A DNA stretch of 64,000 nucleotides, from assembly GCA_964276515.1 (NCBI GenBank), contig OZ193909.1, forward strand, positions 18,538,001 through 18,602,000. Direction: 5' to 3'. Shown here piece by piece: positions 53,728 to 64,000 of the stretch. A program made the position numbers and the translations under genes. Source of the DNA: Gordius albopunctatus (lineage: Eukaryota). The notes under the pieces were generated by a model. That model worked only from the letters and a program-made list of their open reading frames with translations, was not told the origin of the DNA and made no database searches. Within the stretch, counting starts at the first letter, position 1, and every line of letters starts with the position of its first letter.

Positions 53728-53862
53728 CATGGGCGTAGCCGAGGGGGGGGGGCTGCTGTCTCTATTTAAATACAAAAATTATTACAATTTATTAAAATCA
53801 CGGCTAAATTTCATAAATGATCATTATTGCCCCCTCTGACTCCAATGCTAGCTACGCCCAGC
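53728..53862. mobile_element. hAT-type MITE, CATGGG family
   Basis: CATGGGCGTAGCC...GCTACGCCCA. Confidence 0.78.
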
Positions 53863-54295
53863 AATTCCAGTAATACTATTGGTCACTTTGCATTAAGGTT
53901 AAAATTTTTCACGTGTCTATCAACCTATAAAAGCGGATTGTAAATAAATAATATATGATCTAAAGTCAATATTTGTTGAAATTGTATAACGCCAGTATTT
54001 TACAATTATTTTTATTGTTATATATAGGAAATTTTAATTTTGACAAAATTAATCGATTAAATTTTAAGAATATGACAAATAAAATGTTCAAATTATAACA
54101 TCATTTAAGTAAGTTGATTATAATGTTGATAAGTTTTGGCTAATGAGTACACGTGACGAACAGCTGTTGAAGGTGATTTTAAGATGGGAAATAATAGCAT
54201 AAAAATAATAGTAGTAATGACATATATGGAAGTGTAAACAAATAAATAATAAGGTGTAAACATAATAATGACATTTCCAAGGTGTAAATAAATCA

Positions 54296-55375
54296 TTATC
54301 TGCGCCTTCCATATCTCAAAGGCTGTATGGGTCTCATTCTTTTGTAAAGTCCTCGGTATTGTCTATAGGGCCCCTCCCCATAAGGAAAAGGTTGTTCGTT
54401 GTCTAGCAAAGCAGCTAATCTATCGTAATTAATACCGTTTGGACGTATTTGATATTGAAAATTATCATATCCCTCATCTACATAACATTTACACAAAATA
54501 AATAAATACAAAAAAAAATTGTGATATTTCAAAAATGTTAAATGGAAAACATAAGGGTTTCAAAATGTTAAAAAAATTTACTTTGCTCTCTAAGATCTTT
54601 AAAATAACTAAAAACGATTATATGACATAAATAGAGAGTAATATGAACGATCTTATTGCAACAAGTATATTATATGCTGTTTTAGTATGGTAGGTTTGTT
54701 AGATAATAATTAGTATTAATTTCCATGCAATTTATGGGCTCGCTTTTTGTTGTCCGTCCGTCCTTTGCCCGATTGCTGGTTCGATACCCAGAGAGGGCAA
54801 AAAATTTTTTTAAAATCATATTAATATATTGTTCTTGTTAATACCATTGATATTTACTTTTAACAATGTATAAACAATTTTATGTCATATTTACAATAGG
54901 CTCTATAGTAGTGCTGTAAAAACGGCTAACTAAGACTAACTATCGACTCTGGTCTGCTTTTAAAATTTTGGCTAAGCCTAAGAGTCGAATAAGAAAATCA
55001 GACCAAAAGCCTTTGGTCCAAGTTTAATCGATTAAGACCAAAGCTCGACCAAACCATACCTGTCTGTTTTCACAGCACTACTATAGAAAAAATATAAAAG
55101 TTGTTTATAATAATAATTTAAATTTACAAATTTCTTCGTCAAACTTAAATAAAACAGCGTTTAAATGTAAAGATATACATTTAAAATTTAAATTTAAAAA
55201 GTTTATGACTCAAAAATATTCCATATACGAATAGACAAATCATGAATAAACCTCCATTTTGGTTATCATTCCTTTTGGGTAAGGCACGAAGGGGAGACAT
55301 AACTATTGCTATTAGAACCAATACTCCCATAATAAACCAGCTCGGCTTGTTGAAGTTGATACAAAAAACTACCAT
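54296..55375 (-). CDS. Neuropeptide precursor (101 aa), predicted product MRPIQPLRY-amide
   Basis: Exons 55375-55252 and 54477-54296 joined by a phase-1 GT-AG intron. Hydrophobic signal peptide (WFIMGVLVLIAIVMSPLRA), acidic spacer, C-terminal KR-MRPIQPLRY-G-RRR-stop. Confidence 0.85.
54909..55080. mobile_element. Small MITE in the neuropeptide gene intron
   Basis: TIR TAGTGCTGTAAAAAC/GTTTTCACAGCACTA; CTATAG on both flanks. Confidence 0.75.
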
Positions 55376-57312
55376 TTCAAATGATTTCTATATTTCTATC
55401 TAAATAAATATATATAATTTAATAAAAAGATTGCGGTAATAAAATTATTTAAGGATACCAAAAAAGTGTTTTATGTAATTTTATTATGCCACATATGATG
55501 ATTAAATTAGATTTTGATATAAATCTTCATTGAAATATTGAAAGGGGTCCATAAGGTCATCTTTCAACATTCATATACCTTAATTGTTTCAGACAATCTC
55601 AGAAGTATGCATTAATTCACTTAACCATTAAAACTCAATTATAACGACTGAAGCGGGTTTGAATTTCATCGATCACTTTAAAAATTAAAGAAATAATATA
55701 AATTTAACTTTTAATTTTGAATCTAGTGGGGGAGGGATGTTATAGTTCATTGTTATAAGCAATTTAAAATATAGAAACAAACATTAATACAAAATTGAAA
55801 GCTGTATCTCAGATCAAAAAAAAACTTACACTAAATAAAAATTCTAGTAGTGATTACTTTTTAATCATTTTTAAATCAATAAATTTTATATCGGGTTTTA
55901 GCTTTTTTGCAATCCACCAATAAAAAAAGAATTCTTTATTAATTTAATAATCAAGAAGCTGATATTTGTCCTTAGTAAATCCGGTGGGAAAAAAGCAAAT
56001 AAATGTATTTATAGGTTTTTATTGAATCAATAATATGTCTATAATGACGCGTTAATCTATGCAGATTGACAAATATGGGTGAACGAGTAATTGCACGAAT
56101 ATTCAACGCGATTCATAATTCTATCAAACCATAAAATTTTAAGCCCATTTTGCCATAAAAGCCATAAAATTTAGTTCAAGCATCCTAAATCTCAGCAAAT
56201 TAAGAAATAAAATCTCAAAAAATTAAGTAGGAGGAAGGGATAAGGCATAATTGCAGGATTATAATTAAGTTCGTGCCCAAAGTCTTAATTACATCCTTCT
56301 AATCGCTTCCAATATCGAAATTTATCCTTATTTTTCAATTTTTTTTAATTAAAAATGAGAAATAATTATTTCTTAAATAGAATTTAAATCAAAAAATTTG
56401 TAAATTCTATTTTGCTTTGATGCGAATCTAGGCATAATAAAGCGACAAATATTTTACTAAGCGTGCGACCAAATTTAAGTTTAAATAAATTTAATAATTT
56501 AAATTTTTGAGATTTATATTTTAAAATAATTTGTATTCTTATATACACAAGTTGATAAAAAAATATATTAACACACGTAAATAAATAAGTCTTTTTTTTT
56601 ATCTTATTAAACTTATAATATACAACTGTTAAATGTTATTATGCTTTTTAGCCTAAATGTTAATAAAATTTTTTTGTCCAACTAAATAATACTTGATTTT
56701 TACTAATCAACTTTCCTTTAATTTGTCAATCACTTTTTAGAGAACCAACTGCTTTTTACTCTGATATTTTAGATGAAAGATAAATATTTTATTTTATGTT
56801 TTTGGAAAAAAATATCAATTAATAGACTGGCAGCTAGATTAAGGTGATATCTGATAAAAACAACGGCTATATACAAACCTCTTTGACCATTACACTAAGC
56901 CACCAATTAATTTTATCTAAAGTTAGCGATCTTGATATAAAAAAAAAGTCCCAAAAATTGCAAAAAAATATACAAAAAAGAGGAAAATTTGGATTATGAT
57001 GTGCTTTTTTATTAACTGACAACAAAAAAATCAAACAAAACTTACAAAATTACAAAAATATTTCAAATAAATAAATTTAATTCAAATATTATTTGTCATG
57101 ATGAAATTAAATTAGTTTTGAAAGTCAATCTTATTTCCATCCAAATATAATTTATCTATGAAAGTACTATAAAATAATCAAGAAATATTCTCAAAATATA
57201 ATCACTTTTTGACCTTTTTTTCATAAACAAATTCCAATTTATCTATAATTTATATTTAAATTTGAAAACCTCAAAATTAAATTAAGTCTATTTTACAAAT
57301 AAAATATTTAGT

Positions 57313-57621
57313 AATCTAAAATATAAACGTTCTACTAATAATATTATAAGATTATATTTTAAAAATAATTTAAAGATAAAATTTAATAAATCTAAAATAT
57401 AAACGTTCTACTGATAATATTATAAGATTATATTTTAAAAATAATTTAAAGATAAAATTTAATAAATCTAAAATATAAACGTTCTACTAATAATATTATA
57501 AGATTATATTTTAAAAATAATTTAAAGATAAAATTTAATAAATCTAAAATATAAACGTTCTACTAATAATATTATAAGATTATATTTTAAAAATAATTTA
57601 AAAATAAAATTTAATAAATCT
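57313..57621 (+). repeat. Tandem repeat, 4 x 76 bp, AT-rich
   Basis: Unit AATCTAAAATATAAACGTTCTACTAATAATATTATAAG... starts at 57313, 57389, 57465 and 57541; copies nearly identical. Confidence 0.95.
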
Positions 57622-60153
57622 TATTACTTTTTGCAGATTTTAAATAAAGATTTGTAATTAAATATCGTTAAAATCACAAAAAGATGATTAAAGATGCAAT
57701 CGATTATAGAGGGTCGGGGAAAAAAAGTTCAAAGGCATTAATTTGACTTGGATAACTTAATATGGGATTAAGAGAAATAAGGTTAGGCGATTTTGGGTCA
57801 ACTATTTAGAGTAATATTATTAATGTATTTACATTATAATTATTATAGTTATAAGGAATAATTACGTTCAAAAACAATTATTAATTTAATTTTTTTTACT
57901 ATTAAATTTGTTATAATACTGATGTTTTTGTAAAAAATAAAAATAAAAAAAATTAAGGGTAAAAATTCAATTTTATTTAGTAGCAAACAATTAAATTAAT
58001 TGCTACGCAATTGATGGATTTAAATTAGTGTTTTATCGAAGATATATAGAACTTTTAGGTTAATTTTGTAATTTTATTTAAATGAAATATAAATTAAAGT
58101 GTTTAAAAGATTTTAAACATTGTGATGTAAATTAATATTTTTTATGAAGCCACGAAATTATAAAGGAATTATTTTTCAGACAAGAGAGTTTAAGTAATTA
58201 TTTAAAATCTTATTTTAAAGATGAAATTTATTATAATGCCTTATTTTCTCACTTTAAAGTATTAATTTATAACACTAATATTTTAAATTTAAAAAATTGA
58301 TCTTAATTTCGATAACACAATTTAAATATCTTACTTCAATCCAGGAATTTGGAAAAAAGATTTAAGTTATTATATGGTTAAAATAAATATAATATATATT
58401 TAGCCCGTAGAAACCCTTATATATATATATGTCAAAAATATTTGTCATTATTATTATTTAAACCCTCGAAAATCAATAGTATATATATATATAAGGCGTA
58501 ACTATATATAAAAAATAAAGGATTTGCCGTTAAATCTACCAATATATATTTATAAAAACCACACAAAAATTGATTAAAATTATTTAATAATTTAAATTAT
58601 TTTTGTATTTTTTGAAATTAAAATATTTATTTATTTATCAAAACTTTTTTTATAAAAATATTTGAAGGAACGATTTCTTGTAAAAAATAAAAACCATTAA
58701 AAAAATCAAATTCCTACTTTAAAAGTCATTTTGATCTGTTATTTATATTAATCGGTTTTTTTTTAATTTCTCATGGGGGGGGGGTTTAATAATTTTGGTA
58801 TCTTAGTTTTTGCTATATATTATATAAAATAATTGATTTTACAGGCAATTTATTCTTTTAAAACGTTTATGGGTATAAAAACAATGTAATAATTTTACGT
58901 TAAAGTTTAAACTTAAATTACTATGAATGTAAAAATTATTTATATTATAACGAATAGTAAATTTCCCAAATATTTTTATGATAAAGAGGCAAGAAATCAT
59001 AATTAATTAGTTTTTTATTGTTTGAAAAAATTGTTAAAAATAAGTTTTCCATAAGAGGAAACCTTCTAGTAAGACCTCAATAATTAGTTTTATGGGCATG
59101 CAATTTAATTATCGGAAAAATTTATTGATTAGAAAGCGGTGATTATCAAATTTAAGGTTCAATTATTTCATTGATTGATTCTACTTTGAATAGGTATTTA
59201 GCACAATATATGAATTGCACACCTTTATTAATTGACCCAAAAATTAAAACGAATTTTTTTGTAATTCTTTTGCAATTATTTTTTTGATTTATAATTAAAT
59301 TATTTTTGAATTACAAATTAATACTGTGATTGTATTTGCAATAACTTTTTCCTAAGAATAATTAATCATAAATTATATTATTATACTTTATTTATTAATA
59401 TTATTTGGCTCCCGGTCAGGTTTTTAATACACGCTCGATTTTCACATTTTAAATGGCAATTTTAGGAAAAAGTTTGTTTTGCAAGAAAACATTAATAACA
59501 ATTTATAACAAATCACTGAAAATTATAACTTTTTTCAGAAAAAATGAAACTATAATTTATACCTTACAAAATTAACTAATTTTAAAATCAAAAAGATAAT
59601 TTTTTTATATATTTACTCAACTATGGCATTAGGTATATAAGAAAAATCCCAAACAATCTCGATTTATCGCTTGATGTTCAATAAAAATTTTGTTCTGGAC
59701 CGAGGAAGGAGGTTTGGTTTTTATAAAAAAAATTTAATTATTATAAAGCTGCAAATTTTAAAAATATTTGGTCAAGGTCAATCTGAGACATTTGATTGCA
59801 AAAATGTCCTTTCTCCATAACTGTAAGTCTAATATTAGTACAAACATAAATTTTATTTTTCACCCATTTTTACTCAGGGCTAATAATTTCTTTTTTAGCG
59901 AGGCACTGAAACAGAGATGAAAAAAAATCAAATTTACAACCTGCCACATTGATTAAGTACGATTAAAAGGTTTTTTCATGACAGTGTAATAAAAATTTAA
60001 TAACTCAAAATATCACCACTGATATATCTCATAAATATAAACCTTTAGCTAGGAGCTACATGCAATCTATATTAAAAGCCTACAAACTCCAAAAATTTTA
60101 GGCCGACTCGATCATACTCCTGGCCTGTGCACGGCGTTAATTTTGCTTCTATG

Positions 60154-60323
60154 CATGGGTGTAGCCAGGGGGGGCAGGAAGGGGCGACTGCTCCCCTCTC
60201 TAAGTCCAAAAATTTGTTGAAATTTATTAAAATTATGGCTAAAATTTGAAAAATGTTCATTTTGCCCCTCCCTATATCATTATTGCCCCGACCCCTCTAA
60301 TTCTAATGCTGGCTATGCCCATG
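60154..60323. mobile_element. hAT-type MITE, CATGGG family (best-preserved copy)
   Basis: CATGGGTGTAGCCAG...CTGGCTATGCCCATG; perfect TSD CTTCTATG. Further partial copies near 7680-7821, 24793-24932 and 62442-62582. Confidence 0.92.
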
Positions 60324-60434
60324 CTTCTATGCGAATAAATTTTTTTATAAATAACTAAACAAGGTCACGGAAAAAAAATTAATTTTAAAATGTTTTAATG
60401 TAAAATTACAAAACGGCAATATTTAAGTGACATA

Positions 60435-60774
60435 CAGTCGAAGCTTCTTAATCGCAAATCGGATTATCGCGAAATCTTTTAATCGCGAAGTTAACCGTCA
60501 TTTTGTTTTTTTCAAACGATAATATTAACAAAAACATCGTTTATTGAGAAATCGCTTAATAGTACAATATCGGATATTCACAAACATTTTCGAGTCCTTA
60601 AATCAACCATACAATTATATAAAATATCGTTTTATTGCGAAGCGTAAGAAATGAATATTTACTATATGTCTTTACAAATTTTATATTTTCTCTTTTTACA
60701 TCGTTTAATCGGGAAATATCGGTTAATCGCGATTTTTTGAGGCCAAAGGCTTTGCAATTAAACGGTTTTGACTG
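60435..60774. mobile_element. Tc1/mariner-pogo type MITE
   Basis: TA|CAGTCGAAGC...GTTTTGACTG; homologous to 12513-12819. Confidence 0.82.
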
Positions 60775-62691
60775 CATTCTTAAAAGAGACATTCAATGTT
60801 TTCGAGCCAGCCCGCTGGTTATTTTTTCCACAGATTACCTTTAAAAAGTTGGTAGGAAAACAAATCTAAAAAGTAGATTTGTACTTATAATATCACTACA
60901 TTCAGTTAAGATGGAGCAACAGCTTTTTCCTGCCCCCTCTAATTACGTTTATAGGTAAAGCTATTTATTCCAATTCGAGCCCCAACCATCAAGCCACACC
61001 TCCCCAGTGGTGCTAACAAGCTCTTACAAATAAATGTCTACCTTTAATATATTAAAAACACAAAAAATAAATAATAAATCCATCCGAGAAGATGTGATTC
61101 CAACTTTTGTAAAAATTCGACTGAAAATATTGTTTCATGTTTTCTATAATAGTGAACAAATGTTTTAAATCCCCAAAATATGGACTTAAGATATTGCAAA
61201 TAAATTTCAATTTACAATTGTAACCATTTTTGCAAAATAATTTGATTGATAAAAACTTTTGTTTGTAAAAATTATAAAACAGTTAAGATGGTGATGTTAA
61301 CTATTGTTTATCATTAGATGCTTTAGAAAAAAACAACTATTTTTTAGGATTTTTGCTAATATAATGAAATACTGACTTTTGTCAAACTTGGAAAAATATA
61401 TTATATTCTATCTTAAATTAATTATTAGCTAAAAATATTTAGGAAACTAATATACAACATAGTATAGAAGCCTTTTTTTAATGAAGACACGGAAACAATA
61501 TTTCTAACTTTTATAACAAAATTATTACAAATAGTGGTATAACACTTCAATAAAGTAACAAAAAAAATAAATCATATTTTTAATATTAATATAATTTTAT
61601 GAGTTGTTGTAAGACAAGATTCAGCTAAGTTAATTAATAAAAGTATATGCTGCCTCTATAAATAAAAAATAAGCTTGGTTTCTCCATTCACGTAGAATCA
61701 CATTGTAAAGTTGAAAGAACAAAAATAAAAGTGCCAAGTAATATTAAATAATTAGAAAACGTTATCTTTTGTTTAGATTATTATAAAATTTTTGTAAAAG
61801 ATAAATACTCTATATTTTTTAAAATATTTATAACATATACATGTTGAAAGTTTTGAAAATCAAATGGAAGCAAAAAAATTAAAATTAAATTTTTATATGA
61901 TAGTTTAAGATTTAAAAGTATATTATAAGTTTTGTGTAATTCTATATTTAATTATTACTCTATAAAATATTTTTGCTATAATAAATTAAAAAGTCTCTGA
62001 TTTTTTACTAGCTTGAAGTCAACATGATAACATGATAATTCGTAAATTATTAATACTTTAATCACATTTAATTTATAAATTTATAATTTTATTGGCGTTA
62101 CCTTTAAAATTTATTCCATTATAAAACTTTAAATTAAAAATATTTTCACATTTAATCAATTTTTTGTTTTGTTATTTCTCCAATTTTTGAGATATTTTGG
62201 CTCAGAATCAAAAATTAAGTTTTAATTCTTCCTAATTTTATTAATTTATTAAATATGAACACTTGGTCTTGGTTATAGTTGTTCATACGAAATTTGTTCA
62301 AACAAGGGCTCAAATTAATCATTATAATCATCTTAAAAAACGTTCGAAAGCTAATTGTTTCAAAAAATTTAATTTCAACCAAGTGCTTCTAATCGTTATT
62401 TTATGGTAAAAAATTCATATAATTTCAACTTCAACCTAAAACATGGCAGCTACCCTCCTCTAAATCCCAAAAATTTGTTAAAATTTATTAAAATTATGGC
62501 TCATATTTCATGAAAATGATCCTTTTGCCCCTCCCTAAATCAGTATTGTCCCCCTCTAATCCCAATACTGCCTATGCCCATGACATGAGACATAATATTT
62601 ATATTGAAAATCACAAAACAAACCTCATCAATTTCTGGCTTTTGATTATAAGATTATATTTATGATTTTCCTTAAATTAGCTTTTATTTAA

Positions 62692-63296
62692 CCCTCGAGA
62701 GCACTCCTGAAAATCCCGAACGCGAGAGCATTCGTGGGGTATATTTGACCCCATTTTTTAACTTCTTATAACTTTTTAAGCATTTTTTTTAACCTTTCAA
62801 ATTTTAAACATGTGTTTATAAAGGTCTTAAGATTGATGGTATAAATTTTGATATGAATCTAATCAACATTACAAAACTTATTAACGATTTTCTTGACCCC
62901 CATTTTTATTTTGACTATTTTAGAGTTTTACCTCTTGACATCATATACCTTAAAATAAATCAAAATAAACGTGATTTTTTATTAAAAGAATGTTCAAAAT
63001 GTATTAAAAACACAAATTGTAAAAGATATCATCAAATAAAAAAAATACATTTTTTCCAACAGAAAAAAACTTACGTGAGAGCTTTCGTGGGGTACACAGG
63101 ACCCCTGTGGCCAAAAAGATGCTATATTTTAAAAAGTAGTGGGCCAAAAGTTATGAAACTTTCCTAAAACTTAGTTCTTGGTAAAATATTAGGCTACTGA
63201 AAAGGCCAGATCAATTCGCTTTTAAATGCGTTTTATATTTAAGTTTATAACTATCGTGGGGTCCGTGGGACCCCACGAATGCTCTCGAGTCGAGGG
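62692..63296. mobile_element. piggyBac-type MITE
   Basis: TTAA|CCCTCGAGAG...CGAGGG|TTAA. Confidence 0.9.
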
Positions 63297-63777
63297 TTAA
63301 ACCAAGTGGATAATTCCAAGTATAATGGTAAAAATAAAAATGAAAAATTTTCGGATTTTGTGAAATTTTTACATTTTACTTTAAGTTTGATCGTTTTAAT
63401 TGCAAATTCGTCGTTAATTCAAAAGTCTACATAATTATAAGTTATCTCATTAATCGAGAAAACTTAATTACTTTATTATCTAGCTAGACATGGTAGCATC
63501 AATATAAACTCTTAATTGTAATTATACACGGCATAAATCTGATAACAAAATTGGAATTTAAAGAATATTATAAATAAACCTTAATTTTATATTACTAAAA
63601 CGGCAAATAAATCTTTCATGTTGCCTTTTAAAAACATAAAATCAGCAGTCTTAAACGGTCTAACTAAACTAACTATTATAAAGAGGGAGATTTAGATTGT
63701 TTTAAGACAATTTTTTTAACACTATGATGGGATTTATTTTTAAACGAATAATTTAATTAAAGAGCAATGTCAAATTA

Positions 63778-63970
63778 ATCATTATTTAACACGACAAACC
63801 CGGATCTGACCCAATCGATTTCGGGTATAATTGTAAAATGCTTTCGGGCCGGTTTGAGTTCAAGTTGAAAATTTTAAGATGCTTTCAGGCCGGGTCGGGT
63901 TCGTATGGGAAAGTTTTAAACATTTTCTAGTCAGGTTGTAGGTTAAAAAAAGTGACTTTGCAGGTCTATA
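63778..63970. mobile_element. Right end of a hAT-type element related to 35100-36415
   Basis: CGGG-rich subterminal motifs ending in TGCAGGTCTATA. Confidence 0.5.
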
Positions 63971-64000
63971 AGGACTTGTCTCGGATTAATATTCAAATCG

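Noticed and set aside
54767..54799. tRNA gene (GGTTCGATACC B-box-like hairpin)
   Set aside because: Only a T-arm-like segment; no convincing D or anticodon arm. At most a decayed tRNA-derived fragment.
57313..57621. CRISPR-like array
   Set aside because: Contiguous 76-bp units with no unique spacers, no cas genes, and a eukaryotic context.

Overview
AT-rich invertebrate (metazoan) nuclear DNA; the species cannot be determined from the sequence. Host genes read by hand: a 10-exon ATG9 (+, 5043-11620), an intronless GT11 alpha-1,2-fucosyltransferase (-), a 3-coding-exon MRPL35 (+), an intronless, highly divergent rhodopsin-class peptide-type GPCR (+), a 7-exon NSUN4 (-), and a 2-coding-exon amidated neuropeptide precursor predicted to yield MRPIQPLRY-amide (-). 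Several introns are very short (35-54 nt, one possibly 20 nt). The rest is dominated by mobile DNA. LTR elements: a degenerate CsRn1-lineage Ty3/Gypsy element whose putative 5' LTR is only about 81 bp and folds into a 25-bp perfect hairpin, and a 979-bp TRIM-like non-autonomous element with the same tRNA-Trp PBS and the same AGTT flank. Non-LTR elements: an RTE LINE with an intact ORF, plus RTE and RLE-type fragments. DNA elements: fossil hAT and mariner transposases, a non-autonomous Helitron, and many MITE families (mostly hAT-type with 8-bp TSDs, plus piggyBac-, pogo- and MULE-type), including a 660-bp foldback element. All exon models and family assignments come from manual reading and motif recall, not database searches.
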